Positions 1 through 11,460 of a DNA stretch of 64,000 nucleotides are shown here, in pieces. How positions within the stretch are numbered: the first letter of the stretch is position 1; every line of letters begins with the position of its first letter. The stretch is from an uncultured virus (IMG/VR IMGVR_UViG_3300037067_016575) (Duplodnaviria; Heunggongvirae; Uroviricota; Caudoviricetes): the IMG/VR virus record IMGVR_UViG_3300037067_016575. The stretch is one strand, 5' to 3'. The position numbers and the translations under genes are program-made. The notes under the pieces were generated by a model, which was not told where the DNA came from, made no database searches, and was given only the letters and a program-made list of their open reading frames with translations.

Positions 1-604
1 ACTTCCCCGCTGTATTCACAGCCGTCTGTTTTGTGATGCCTAAATCAAACGCCTGATACAACCCGTTGTCGTGATATTCCGGTGGCGTTATCTCGTCCAC
101 TATCGACAGATACCATTTTCCTTCATTATAGTGAACGTCTACCTGTTTTACCTTCGTAAACGACGCATACGGTGTTATCGGAAACCTGAGATCTACTCCC
201 CCTTCAACCTTATGCGATAGGGTTACTTCTTCATTTGTTACCCGGAACCCACTCTGGTTATATTTCATCGTGAAGAAATATTTCCTACCCCGAAATCCCG
301 GCGGACGCGCTTCCGGATCTACCTTCGTCAGAGCGAAAAACGATTTGTAGTTCGCATCCAGCGTCTTCAGGGTCATCTGCAAGACTTTACTATTGACCTG
401 CTTATATTCCGGATACTGATCTTTTATATTAGGTAATTTGTTCTGCTGATCTACATACGATACCGATTTCTGTTCATTCTCCCACCTCTCCTGCCGCTCA
501 GCTAACGCTCCGTTATATATTAACCGACACCGGTTAGATAATACCCATAAGGTATCTTCCTGTTCTTTCGTCGGATATATTCTAACCTTCCTCGTTAACT
601 GCAT
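1..604 (-). CDS. tnpB: TnpB RNA-guided nuclease (IS200/IS605 family), 5' part; runs off window start
   Basis: Near-identical in nucleotide sequence to 20551-21154 at a constant offset of 20550; starts MQLTRKVRIYPT. Confidence 0.93.
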   Translation of the reverse strand, partial: MQLTRKVRIYPTKEQEDTLWVLSNRCRLIYNGALAERQERWENEQKSVSYVDQQNKLPNIKDQYPEYKQVNSKVLQMTLKTLDANYKSFFALTKVDPEARPPGFRGRKYFFTMKYNQSGFRVTNEEVTLSHKVEGGVDLRFPITPYASFTKVKQVDVHYNEGKWYLSIVDEITPPEYHDNGLYQAFDLGITKQTAVNTAGK

Positions 605-710
605 TCTTATACTCAATTCGTTGTTCTCTTTATATTCTTTCTGTTAGTTCCGGGAATCTTATATCGCATTCATCCCCGTCTTGAAAGAGGGGGAATTCTG
701 CTCGTTTATG
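1..710 (-). mobile_element. IS605/IS1341-type element copy 1 (left end plus partial tnpB)
   Basis: Left-end hairpin AGAATTCCCC..GGGGATGAAT shared with copy 2; homology stops just past the TTTAA target (plus 711-715). Confidence 0.85.
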
Positions 711-903
711 TTAAATTATAATCGGGCTCCATCCGACATACGTATCTCTCTCGTTGGGTTCCGTCTACCATGTGATGGATCTCTCTTTTTACACCATTAT
801 CCGTTCTCCATCGTTCTACCCTGATAACTCCTTCTGGATATCCGGGTATTGTGTTGTAGAAAATGGGGGGGATCTAAATTTCGCTTCTTTCAATTTTACC
901 ATA

Positions 904-1344
904 TTATTCACGTTCCGTGACTACATCAAGGTCTGCGAATCGAGATACTGGTATTTGCGGGTTGAATTTCATCACCCGGTTTGTTACTAACTCATTAATG
1001 GTTTTTTGCAATTTTAAGAGTTGTTCAAAACTATCAATCTGAATGACGTGTTTATTCTTATTCGGGTAGAACGCATAGGTTTCATCGTACTTTTTTTGAC
1101 TTGTTGGTATGATTAATACTTCCACATCTGTTTTAAGATTAACGTATTCTGGGACTATGGGGCTATGGGCGGAATTATCAACAATATTACTTATTTCTAA
1201 TGTAGTAATACCTCCATGATCTCGCGTCACTGCTATGTGTTGCCCGTTATCGTGTGCCATTTCGTTCATCATTGAGATCAAGTAACTATATTGTGTTTCC
1301 GTCATTTTCACCATCCCAATCACTCCCGCAAGTACGTAATTCAA
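904..1344 (-). CDS. hypothetical protein with C-terminal RF tag (SRFADLDVV)
   Basis: ORF track; tag. Confidence 0.7.
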   Translation of the reverse strand: MNYVLAGVIGMVKMTETQYSYLISMMNEMAHDNGQHIAVTRDHGGITTLEISNIVDNSAHSPIVPEYVNLKTDVEVLIIPTSQKKYDETYAFYPNKNKHVIQIDSFEQLLKLQKTINELVTNRVMKFNPQIPVSRFADLDVVTERE

Positions 1345-1802
1345 TCGTGTTTTGTGACAACTTCAATTTCAGAAAACCGGTTGAACTGTTTTGGTTTCTT
1401 TTCTCCATTAACCAGAGGTTGGTTAATTTTTTCAATTTCGTTAAGGATACGGCGTAACTCGTCAATATCAGATTGGCTTTCGATAATTAATAGCCTCCCT
1501 CCTTTACAGAGGTTCCCCCGAATTTCACGGAACGTTTTACCTTTTTTCAACGGATATACCGTAACTTCATCTTTGATCAAATCGCTATGAATTATGACTT
1601 TCCTTATTTTTTCATGGGGGTCAACGTACTCACTATTTGGTGGTTCTCGTGGTTCTTCATCCGGATCGTAATAGCCGTCGTCGTAATCCTCGTCCTCATC
1701 CTCAATCTCATAGTCATCGTTGTCATCATATATCTCATCATTCGGGTCTGGATAGTCCTCGTCGTCATTGTAAAAACTAGCCTTACCTTCACTTTCCGAC
1801 AT
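1341..1802 (-). CDS. hypothetical protein, very acidic N-terminus, RF tag (NRFSEIEVV)
   Basis: ORF track; D/E/Y-rich N-terminus; tag. Confidence 0.75.
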   Translation of the reverse strand: MSESEGKASFYNDDEDYPDPNDEIYDDNDDYEIEDEDEDYDDGYYDPDEEPREPPNSEYVDPHEKIRKVIIHSDLIKDEVTVYPLKKGKTFREIRGNLCKGGRLLIIESQSDIDELRRILNEIEKINQPLVNGEKKPKQFNRFSEIEVVTKHD

Positions 1803-3314
1803 GATCCCACCCCAATAAATTAATTTAACGACTGTATTTCTGCATATTTTCTTGGACTTCTTTTCTCAAATCGTCCATTTTTTCAGGGTTTTTACTAGCT
1901 TCCGAAATCTCTTTACCAACGAGAAACGCATTTAGCATTATACCCGTTGTTTGATGTGCCTGCTTTACAAGAAGGCGTGTATGATTGGAATTAGCTTTTC
2001 GCATCCTCTCTGTGTTGAGTTCAAGAGATTTCGCACACACGTGTAAATGCTTCCCCATTTTCTCGTTTCCGACTGAATAAAAATCGCGAGACATATGTTC
2101 TAATGCATTACTTACGGATTCTATGTCATCTAATGATTCGTGTTGGATTGACAGCCAGTCGTCTTTTCCCATAATGTTCTCCATACGTTTTCACCTCACT
2201 TCTTTGTTATAACGCGTGCCACTAAAATATCTGTTTTCATCGTCATATTTTGTCCAACCATTTCCCATATTCTCTTTCTAACCGTTTCTGATAATCAGAA
2301 TAATCTTCCATACATTGCACTCTCTTGCGGAATATACTATGTACAGCTTGTTTTCGTTCAATTGGGGTTGACTCTTGTTTCATTCTCGATGCCGCAACAA
2401 CGATTGCCCCCACATGTTCTTTTAATGATGCATATGTATTATTGTCGGCACGATATCCCGTCCCCGACAGTACACCCAACGATCTGCGTTTATTGACCTC
2501 GTGAAAAATATCTTTTTGGTTGTATTCTGATACGTCGTCGAGAAGGGGTAAGAGTTCCCGTATTACAATATACATATGTATACTGTCATATCCGATGAGG
2601 TCTAACGCTTCGAGTAGTTCCGCTTTTGTTGACTTTATCTGCAATTCACAATCGTAACAGATGCCTTGAGATTCGCCTTGTTTATTCCAGATGATCGTTC
2701 TGTCTGGGTGTCGGTCAAATTGTGTAACTCTCACCTTATGTTTTCTGCAAAATTTACAGTAACCGATACCCATTTCGTTCACCCGATGTATAAATCTTTT
2801 TTAATATTCGTTGGTTCCCCGCATTTCTCGCGGAGCCGTTTGATTTCTTCGAACACCTCTTTATGGTGTTCTTTAAGGTCGTCCTGATGTTTAGTTAAGA
2901 TTTCAAGTGCTATATTTAACTCTTTATTTTGTTTTTCGGGGTCTTTGAGATTTATTGCATCTTTAATCCGCCTTATTGCAAAATTACTATGCATAGTCGT
3001 TCCGAGAACTTGGTGATACCAGAACGGAAGATCTTCACGAAATTTATATTCTTCATCCATCTACAATCTCTCCATAAGAGTTGTTATTATCAATTGTTAT
3101 CGGTTCTCCATCCCATTCTGATGGGAGAAGAAGCAATCCCTTGCCAAATTTGCCACAACGTGTGCATATACAGTCTTGAAATAGGTGGCCCATCGGCCAC
3201 CACGGTTTATCTTTATACCGCACCCGTTTCATTCCGGGTAGGATGGTTATCCATATATGATTACCGAATAGACATCTTATTGAGAATACCATACGTAAAT
3301 CCTCGCTGAAAAAG

Positions 3315-3905
3315 TTAAGAGTATAATTTGTTTGCCAGTTTGGTTGCGGTTTTGAGCAGATCCCGATATGCTTCGTGATCTTCATACGTTGCAAAGTAAC
3401 CTAACATGAAAAAAGTTTCTGCTACATATCGCCTTTGAAATGCAATATTTACACCCGGTTTCTCTTTTCCGTCCATATCAGATAAATTGTGTAACCGATC
3501 ACAGAGTTTCAATAAAACTGCTTCGCCACCGACACGATATAATCGTTTATAACTATCTAGATCTTTTTCGTGACGTGAGGGTAAACGGACATCCTTTGTC
3601 ATCGCAATGACAAGGGTTGTGATACGTTTGCGTTCGAGAGTGTGATTAGAGGGGTCATCGCCATAAATCTTGTTTAAGAACACTACCAGATCAAATTCAT
3701 CGACATCTTCGAGACAATCATGAGACAAAGCTGAAATTGCGACGACTTCATCAAATCCGTCGATATATTTTTGAGCTAATTCTGCAACTGCATAGGGGTG
3801 TGTGAAGTATGGGGTCACCCCATCTTTACGGAACTGACCCTCGTGTGCTTCCTTTACCAGTTTTATTGCCGTATCAACATTTTTTGAAATATTAATACCA
3901 GTCAT
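3315..3905 (-). CDS. HD-domain hydrolase, Mesh1/small alarmone hydrolase-like
   Basis: Motifs AHEGQFRK..PYFTHP..VA, SHDCLED and LKLCDRLHNL, typical of the RelA/SpoT hydrolase (HD_4) family. Confidence 0.85.
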   Translation of the reverse strand: MTGINISKNVDTAIKLVKEAHEGQFRKDGVTPYFTHPYAVAELAQKYIDGFDEVVAISALSHDCLEDVDEFDLVVFLNKIYGDDPSNHTLERKRITTLVIAMTKDVRLPSRHEKDLDSYKRLYRVGGEAVLLKLCDRLHNLSDMDGKEKPGVNIAFQRRYVAETFFMLGYFATYEDHEAYRDLLKTATKLANKLYS

Positions 3906-5247
3906 TTACTTCCCGTCCCTAATACTAAATCGATTGCCGCGATCTAATTCGTAAAGACCGTGGATCTTGTTTTTAAAGCTGAAAACAGGCCGCTCAAAAC
4001 TATCAAGGTCGATAGCCTGCGGTTCGTTTTCGCTGTTTTTATCACTCGTCATATTTCACCTCTTTATTTTTATTGATTCTGTTTATCGAGTTTTTTTACA
4101 TCGAATATTGCATTCCACATTTCGAGATCGCACGCGAGATTCTGGTACATTTCTATGATTATGGAGGTTATTCCATGATTTGATACTCGTGTATTCTTAA
4201 TTATACCGTTGTATGACCTTATATATTTTATTACTTCATCCACACGAGGGGTTTGACACTTTACTACCCACGTTTCTCTTACGGGTTCGAGGATAATTAT
4301 ATCATTAAATGATATATAATTACCCTCGTTGTTTTTAATGTTCATTTATATCACTCTTTTTGGTACATAAAAATAGTAGTGCCATTTGTACAAACGGCAT
4401 CCCTATAATATCGCTTCTCTATCATTCCCATCAGATGTTCAGAGGCATAAGGTTCGGATATGTTTATTGAGGTAACCCCACAAGATAACGGAAGTGTTTG
4501 TGGATCTGTTGTATTATTTATCGGGATTATGATAATTATTGCCATAATCAGTAATAATACCCCAACAATTATCCCCATTGATTTAACGTTCCGTCTTTCC
4601 ATGTTACATACCTTTCAGGTTTACCACCAAATCTTCTGGCTTTACACCCTGTTCAGTGATTTGTAGTGATCTCTCACAAACCATACATTTGTCGTCGTCT
4701 TTAATCCCGCTTTTACATCCTTTCCCAATCTTGCTGCGGTTAACTACAATTCCGAGCCAGTTACAATAAATCTCTTCTGCCATTTAATCCACCTTTTTTT
4801 GGTTTTTCTTTAACTTTTCAATTCCAAGGATAAGCATTTCCATGATCCATCGATCATCGACACCGGGATTGTTAGGAACGTTTAAATCCCAAAGGATCTG
4901 CCTTAAACACCTGCGGGTCGCAGTATGCAACTTTATATATCCTTTATCTTCATCCACTGCTTCAAAAGTATCTTGCTTTTGGATTTCGTCGAGTAACTCG
5001 GTATATTTATCTGGTATTTTATCCCTGTTCGCCATAATTATCAATCCCGTAATATAAATCTTCTTCAATTGTGTTTGTTATGAACTTATGGGGGTAATCG
5101 ATATATTCCACAAAACTTGAAGTATCGTTTCCACGGAGAGCCATAATATTTTTCATCATATTCAGTTCGGTTTTTTTATTATGGATTGTTCGCAACAAGG
5201 TTTCCGCTTCAACAACTAATCTTGCTTCATCCCATTCTTTTAAGATA

Positions 5248-5655
5248 TCATAATACCTTTGTTCTGGTGAGATTTTTTTCGGTTTTTCCATTCGTTTTCA
5301 CCTGCGTTTTCTTCTTTTTGATCTCGGATTCCATTATTACATCGATGTCGCTGAACCTTGATTTTGTTAATTTTTGCGGGGTTCCGGGGTTATCGAATCC
5401 TATAATGTGACCCATATAATTTAGAGTCTCAATTGCCGCCCACGTCCTTACCATGATCTTTACAACATCGTTTTTACGACCGTCTTCTGGTATTTCTGGT
5501 ATGGAGATGTTATGCCCCATAAGGTATGCTTTTAAATCGTCAATATCTTTTTGAGTGTATTTTTCAGTCCAATGACGATCCGGGTTCTCTACATTATCAT
5601 TAACAAATTGAGAGAGGATTATTTGTTTAAGGCTAACATCTCTATCATCATCCAT
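5248..5655 (-). CDS. hypothetical protein with RF tag (SRFSDIDVI)
   Basis: ORF track; tag followed by a Lys-rich tail. Confidence 0.7.
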   Translation of the reverse strand: MDDDRDVSLKQIILSQFVNDNVENPDRHWTEKYTQKDIDDLKAYLMGHNISIPEIPEDGRKNDVVKIMVRTWAAIETLNYMGHIIGFDNPGTPQKLTKSRFSDIDVIMESEIKKKKTQVKTNGKTEKNLTRTKVL

Positions 5656-6029
5656 ACTAATTCCCCCATATTACTTTTTTCTTTTTGGACTCTGACGAAT
5701 GAATTCATAATATACGAGATCTTCTTCCGCTAGTACGTGTAAAAAATACGTTCGGTTATCATCGGTCTGATGATAGTTTATTGAGTGTACTGTCGCCCAT
5801 AGGTCTTTACCATATTTTGTCCAGTTCAATCTTACGTGACATTTATCTTTATGAACACTCACGTTCCCATCGAAATCTTTGTTTGCAGTCGCGGTTTTTG
5901 TGAGCGTTTCATACGTGATAGTATCACAGATGATAAATCTCGGCGTTTTACAATCGTTTTCTAATACCGACACTTGCCGAGTGATCTCTTCGATAATTTC
6001 ATTTTGAGTTAACATAATTTCACCTTAAA

Positions 6030-6680
6030 TTATACGATGTCGATGTTTGCAAAACGATTTTTGTTTTCCACGGTTGGTTCTTCTATTTCATTATAGTCTG
6101 GAATGATTAATTTAACAAATCTTACAAACGCTGTTTTATCTACGAAAAATATGAAGTTGTTATCGAGATCGATCCACCCCATATACTCAAGATAAAAAGT
6201 CCTTCGTTCTTCAACATCATCTGCGGTTTTATATAGGAAGCCACTGACCGGGTGTTTTTTAATAAAGGCTTCTTTGTCTGGATTCCTTGCAGCGATTACT
6301 TCATCAAGAAAAACGGATTCTTTCGTGCGGTTTCCATCCTTGAAATATTTTCCTGATGCAAGATCTTTAATTCTCGTTTTTACATCAGATTCGTCTGATT
6401 TATAACAGATATAATAAACTGGCACTTTATTAATGTTAAATGACCCAATTGCTGCTTCATCTTTAATCATAGAATCTGCAATGTTTTTGAGCGTCACTTG
6501 AACTGCACCAAACTCAAATTCCGCCGAACCCATGTAATCAAAGCTAAAGATCTTGTTCAGCATTTCAAAGGCTTCCTTTGATAATCCACCGTAGCGGTAA
6601 CCTCCACCAAAGGTAAATACGCCGGGATCACCCCACGGTTTCTTTAATCTCTGAATTAGATATGATGATCTTCCTACCAT
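6030..6680 (-). CDS. hypothetical protein with terminal RF tag (NRFANIDIV*)
   Basis: ORF track; GGAG SD; FDYMGSAEFEFG core. Confidence 0.8.
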   Translation of the reverse strand: MVGRSSYLIQRLKKPWGDPGVFTFGGGYRYGGLSKEAFEMLNKIFSFDYMGSAEFEFGAVQVTLKNIADSMIKDEAAIGSFNINKVPVYYICYKSDESDVKTRIKDLASGKYFKDGNRTKESVFLDEVIAARNPDKEAFIKKHPVSGFLYKTADDVEERRTFYLEYMGWIDLDNNFIFFVDKTAFVRFVKLIIPDYNEIEEPTVENKNRFANIDIV

Positions 6681-6691
6681 GTTTTTTCTCC

Positions 6692-7606
6692 TTATGGAAT
6701 CGCTCCAAACCGTCTTGCCATACGTTCTACGTATACTTCAATCATTGCCCTGAACACTTGTGCATCTTCACCCATATCCGTATGCAACGAGTTCTTTACA
6801 TACCCGGCTTCTCGTAAGATCTGGTAGTGAAGTGTCCGTCGTAATTCTTCTAACCCTTCGATGTTTAGCCAAACGTTCCCTTCACCCCACCGTTGCACTC
6901 TTCTTACACGAGATATAAACTGGTTTACGTATTCATCGAGAAGGCTTTTCCTTATAGGGATTGATACGAAATTAATTACTTGGATTATATCTTCGTCAAT
7001 AAGATTTTTATCATTAATGTATTTTCCGGCACGGAAATTCCGCCACGTCATTGCGGTTGGTTCGGCTATCGGCAATTCGGCGAGTTTATTTTTAATCTTC
7101 TCACAGTCGTAGATTAACCCACACGACATGTGATTTTCACAACCTTTACAACACATATCAAGTATGCTTTCCGTAAACATCTGGAAAGAACGATGGTTTT
7201 TCCTTGTTATTACTTCAGCATCACTAAAAACCGCTGATAAAATGTGACCGTCTTTTCGCTGTGCACGGTCAGCATCTTCCATTATTAATGAAAGGGCGCT
7301 TTGCGTTTCTTCGTCCATTCGAGCTTGTTCTTCCTTTCGGTTTTTAAGAAACTCGTGGTGTTTCGCGATCTCTGCTTTAAAAGTTGTGTTTTTTATCCTG
7401 TTGAGAATTAATGTATCGCTATCGCCTTCACTTTTGAATTCTGCATCCCCGTTAATAATTGCATATGCATCTTTAAGAGATAATCCTTCAATTTGTGACA
7501 GCACTTTTAATGCATGATCTTGTGCATCTTCGTAATGGTATCTTGTCCTTACGAAATCCGTTAACCATTCTCCATCTACTCTGAAATGGTGTTCAATTTT
7601 TTCCAT
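6692..7606 (-). CDS. hypothetical protein with Cys cluster
   Basis: 304-aa ORF with GAGGTGA SD. Confidence 0.75.
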   Translation of the reverse strand: MEKIEHHFRVDGEWLTDFVRTRYHYEDAQDHALKVLSQIEGLSLKDAYAIINGDAEFKSEGDSDTLILNRIKNTTFKAEIAKHHEFLKNRKEEQARMDEETQSALSLIMEDADRAQRKDGHILSAVFSDAEVITRKNHRSFQMFTESILDMCCKGCENHMSCGLIYDCEKIKNKLAELPIAEPTAMTWRNFRAGKYINDKNLIDEDIIQVINFVSIPIRKSLLDEYVNQFISRVRRVQRWGEGNVWLNIEGLEELRRTLHYQILREAGYVKNSLHTDMGEDAQVFRAMIEVYVERMARRFGAIP

Positions 7607-7634
7607 GACTTTTCACCTCGCAAGTGTTAATTAC

Positions 7635-8015
7635 TTAAGGTTCGATTAAATCGATTTCTGCAAACCGGTTTTGTTTTTTAATTGGGTTTGTTCTATCTGT
7701 AGTTTCGTCTACCAGAATTAGTTTATCGTTTGGAGATACCAAGGGATCGGAATTTAACATTGTAATTAATTCTTTTGATTGTATTTGAACCCATTTCGGT
7801 TTTTTGTTGATATTTACAACGCAATTAAGTAGGGGGGTTATTCTTTTGTGATATCCATCTAACACTTCGGGAGAGATTTTGTTTCTTGATTGTGTTGAAC
7901 CTCTTGGAAATATTATAACACAAGGGGTTTTGCGTTTTCCGGTTGAACATGATGTGCAAATATACCATGAAAATAGTTTTGTTTTAACACCATCCCCCAT
8001 TCTTTCATCAACCAT
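7635..8015 (-). CDS. Cys/Zn-type hypothetical protein with RF tag (NRFAEIDLIEP*)
   Basis: WYICTSC..PC motif; resembles 8025-8366. Confidence 0.75.
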   Translation of the reverse strand: MVDERMGDGVKTKLFSWYICTSCSTGKRKTPCVIIFPRGSTQSRNKISPEVLDGYHKRITPLLNCVVNINKKPKWVQIQSKELITMLNSDPLVSPNDKLILVDETTDRTNPIKKQNRFAEIDLIEP

Positions 8016-8024
8016 GATACCACC

Positions 8025-8366
8025 TTAATCAATAAGATCTATATTTGCAAATCGGTTTTCTGATGCGTTCGGTTCCTTTTTGGTTTGGAATAACGAAGAA
8101 AGATCTGATAGGAAATCGGGTTCCTGCATTAATATCTGTTTGACTTCGGCAAACGAAACCAGTTGCCAGTTCGGGCGATGCGGGGGAGAGGTCATGTTAC
8201 ATATATCAAAAAACCTTATAATCTTAAGGTCATTTAACAGGTATTCCTTTTTCGCCTCTAATGTAAGATTAATTTTTGTATCTTGAACACGAAACGCGAT
8301 TTTCTTAACACACGGTTTTTCGCATTCTTGACATATTACCCAAATAGATACGTTTTGTTTTTGCAT
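8025..8366 (-). CDS. Cys/Zn-type hypothetical protein with RF tag (NRFANIDLID*)
   Basis: WVICQEC..PC motif; resembles 7635-8015. Confidence 0.75.
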   Translation of the reverse strand: MQKQNVSIWVICQECEKPCVKKIAFRVQDTKINLTLEAKKEYLLNDLKIIRFFDICNMTSPPHRPNWQLVSFAEVKQILMQEPDFLSDLSSLFQTKKEPNASENRFANIDLID

Positions 8367-8867
8367 AATGTGAACTACCCCGCGTAAGAATTCTCTTTTT
8401 GCTTTATGGGAATGTGAAAGTATTACTTGAGGTGAGGTATGGAGAGAGGTATCATTTGTCTAAAACCGATAACATAGGAATTTAATAGGTTTGAGGAGAA
8501 CAATGACTCGGTTTATAGATCCATACTTTCGACATTCTTTCCACGCTGACGAGAAAAAATTATGGTTTAAAATTAATGTAATTGACAATAGGTTCGCCAA
8601 AAAATGCGCGTAAATTGAGAGGGTCAAATACCAACAGAGATAGTGAGATGATAACTATAATAATACCAACAATAAGGAATTTAGTTGTACTCACCGTTAC
8701 CATATCGTCACCACATTCGCAGCAACCGGTATCTTCTTCTGGTTCCTCCACGGTAGGGTCACAATTACAAGTACCGCACTCTGGTTTGCATACTTCTAGT
8801 TGTCTGGTGACAGTTACATCTACACCGTCCTTGAATTGAACCATAATGAGATCTCCAAAAAAGTTAG

Positions 8868-9437
8868 TTAATGGGTATTTGTGGCATAATCCCAATCGCC
8901 ATCAACCGGGGGTTTGCCATGAATGATTTTTTCATTTTTTATGGTTTTATATGCAATCGGGTTGACGTGCCTGCCATCGTATTGGTAATAATGGCCGAGC
9001 CAGTAATAATAAACCGGATAATTGTGGTGGATTATTACCGGCGGATCAGCATACCTATACCTCTGTAACGCAATAATATTTGTGATAATATACCCGTTAT
9101 TTTGTGTGCCTACAACCGTGGCAGTATAGGTATATCCCGGCATTAACCCGTTCCAATCATAATAATTGGAACAATACAAATACTGGCCGGTTGTCGTAAA
9201 CACCGTATACTGAGGTGACATTGTTGTTGATATCACGGTAAACGTGACTGTCTGCGGTAATACCTGTGTCGGCACGGGCGTTGGCGTTGGGGTAACAACA
9301 GGAACCTGCTGTTGTGTTTCTATGATCCGATTTGTTGCCATTATATAGCAACAGGTTACAAGTAAGATGAGTATAGTCGCAACCATACCGATTACTGCAA
9401 TAAGATATATTTTATCTTTTGTATTACTTTCTACCAT
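8868..9437 (-). CDS. membrane-anchored protein, PT-rich linker, Tyr-rich beta domain
   Basis: N-terminal TM, PTPTP linker; similar layout to 61390-62112. Confidence 0.7.
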   Translation of the reverse strand: MVESNTKDKIYLIAVIGMVATILILLVTCCYIMATNRIIETQQQVPVVTPTPTPVPTQVLPQTVTFTVISTTMSPQYTVFTTTGQYLYCSNYYDWNGLMPGYTYTATVVGTQNNGYIITNIIALQRYRYADPPVIIHHNYPVYYYWLGHYYQYDGRHVNPIAYKTIKNEKIIHGKPPVDGDWDYATNTH

Positions 9438-9449
9438 AATTATCCTCCA

Positions 9450-9824
9450 TTAATGTTTAGATTTTGGCGTTACAATCCACCTACTGGCGTCACCTTTATT
9501 AATTTTCGTGACATCACTTGGAAAATTTGAACGCACTTCTTCTTCTTTTAACTTCCGTTCGATTTGTTCGTCAAGAAATTGGTCGTGATCAAAGGTTGAG
9601 AAATCGTTTCTTCTCGGGATTTTCTCGTACCCTTTTCCGTCCTTTCTCAAGACATCGATACTTGGATGTTTTTCATTGAACGTGAAGACGACAGTACTTT
9701 CGTAGAGCTTGCCCCTAAATTCAACTTTATCTATAATAATGCCTTGTTCGTATTACTTCTTATAGATTTCTGCTAACTCAAGCGTCATTTCCTGTTCTAT
9801 AGTTGCATCATACTTTTGGTTCAT
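9450..9824 (-). pseudogene. ORF interrupted by one in-frame TAA (9753-9755)
   Basis: GAGGT SD and ATG at 9824, 23 codons, TAA, then the same frame continues into the 9450-9650 ORF. Confidence 0.55.
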
Positions 9825-9964
9825 TGTTTTTACCTCGTTCCCTGAAAATCCATTGCCTGCATTTCTTTCCAACGCAATGCCCGTACTCACAGAACTTTCC
9901 TTTGGATCTACACCGGTTTGTTATTATCTCGTTGTTTAAACTTAGACTAACCATTATAAAACAC

Positions 9965-10204
9965 CTACTCCGATAATGACACTATCTCCACGTCATCAAA
10001 CCGATTTTTTATAAGATTCGATAAACCTTGTGGGTTGAGTTCCCTCTCACGAAGTTCTTGGATTTTTTTAAGAACTTTGTGCGCTCTGGGGGATTCTCTC
10101 CACTCACACCGTTCACACCGTTTACCCATGTAAACCGTGCACCAATTATACCAATTACAGGTGTTTTTGATGTAATCCTCCAATTCATTCAACGAATTGA
10201 CCAT
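9965..10204 (-). CDS. small Cys-rich protein with RF tag (NRFDDVEIV)
   Basis: ORF track; tag. Confidence 0.7.
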   Translation of the reverse strand: MVNSLNELEDYIKNTCNWYNWCTVYMGKRCERCEWRESPRAHKVLKKIQELRERELNPQGLSNLIKNRFDDVEIVSLSE

Positions 10205-10208
10205 TCGG

Positions 10209-10601
10209 TTACTCCTTTGCGTCCTTATCTGTCACAATATCGATCTGGTTGAACCGTGTCGCTGCCGGTTTCTCTGGATCTTTGTGTTTTCTTTTTACAG
10301 TTGGTTTCTTAGAGGGTTTTTTGGGTTCAGGAACTACTGATCCGAGTGTTGCCGCTCGTCTAATTTTAGTAAGCGTATTTTTTATGAATTCCGGATCGTC
10401 TTCCTTTAAACTTTTAATAAGTTCAAGAATGAGGGTTTCGGTAAAATCTATATCCGCGTTTTGTTCGTCTATCATCAAAACAAAAGATATCATATCTTCG
10501 TATGATAGAGTTTCTTGCATGTCACAGGCAAGATCCGTTGCATCTATTGAAATGTCGTCTAGTGAATACTTTAATTTAACTCTCGGTAGTTTAGGTGGCA
10601 T
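10209..10601 (-). CDS. hypothetical protein with RF tag (TRFNQIDIV)
   Basis: ORF track; K/P-rich linker then tag. Confidence 0.75.
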   Translation of the reverse strand: MPPKLPRVKLKYSLDDISIDATDLACDMQETLSYEDMISFVLMIDEQNADIDFTETLILELIKSLKEDDPEFIKNTLTKIRRAATLGSVVPEPKKPSKKPTVKRKHKDPEKPAATRFNQIDIVTDKDAKE

Positions 10602-10786
10602 AAAGAAGTCTCCTCCTTTTTAAATATGTATATGTAATTTTAAACTTCCTATTTGGGCGGGCTTTTTGCTAGGGGCAAGGTTTCCGTCGATGTCATTAAT
10701 AATTATTAATAAAGAAACCGTGTTTTTCCGCTGGGCACATGTGTCTCCCCGCTATATCCTTAAATATACATATGTATGTTTGATTG

Positions 10787-10996
10787 CTATTCTGTGGGTA
10801 ATACGAGGTCAATACCAAGGAATCTTGGTACAATTGGATCTGCTTTTTGAGGGGGTGTTTCCACTAAACAAAACGAACATTTATGCGGCACACATATAAT
10901 TTGGGTGTCATAATTAAGGAGTGTGCATTTCTGACCGTATATCATAATTTTTCCTGAATTGACACTATGCAGGCATCTGCACTTTAATTCTGACAT
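10787..10996 (-). CDS. small Cys-rich protein with RF tag (PRFLGIDLV)
   Basis: ORF track; tag. Confidence 0.65.
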   Translation of the reverse strand: MSELKCRCLHSVNSGKIMIYGQKCTLLNYDTQIICVPHKCSFCLVETPPQKADPIVPRFLGIDLVLPTE

Positions 10997-11001
10997 TTTT
11001 T

Positions 11002-11460
11002 TTATCCCTCCATTACAAGATCTATTTCGGCAAACCGATTGAACGGTTTGGGGGGATTCAATTTAGCATTAAAGATATAATCAGATTCGGGTCTGCTCAA
11101 GTCATTATAGTCGATCCGATCTAACGAGATTTTGTTTGATTTTACGGTGTTTAATGCATTAACAATTTTGAGCGCGTGTATATGAGAGATGCCAGTCCAA
11201 TGTTTGCAGATAGTGCAAAATTGTTGATTTAATCTCGTATATTCCCCGTTATAGGTAAATTCTTTACATTTATTTCCGTGATTGTGATAAGCATCCAATA
11301 TACAAACAATCTCGCCAGTATTTGTAGCGCAGTTTCCTTTTATGAATATACTAGAAATCTCAATCTTTTCATTAAATACGTATTGAAATATTTCTTTGAT
11401 GGTTAAGTTTCCTTCACGAATTTGATAAAAACGGAGTTCCTTCATAATAATCACAAACAA
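11002..11460 (-). CDS. CxxC-xHW family protein with RF tag (NRFAEIDLV)
   Basis: QFCTICKHWTGIS; paralog of 40279-40728 and 12698-13024. Confidence 0.75.
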   Translation of the reverse strand: MFVIIMKELRFYQIREGNLTIKEIFQYVFNEKIEISSIFIKGNCATNTGEIVCILDAYHNHGNKCKEFTYNGEYTRLNQQFCTICKHWTGISHIHALKIVNALNTVKSNKISLDRIDYNDLSRPESDYIFNAKLNPPKPFNRFAEIDLVMEG

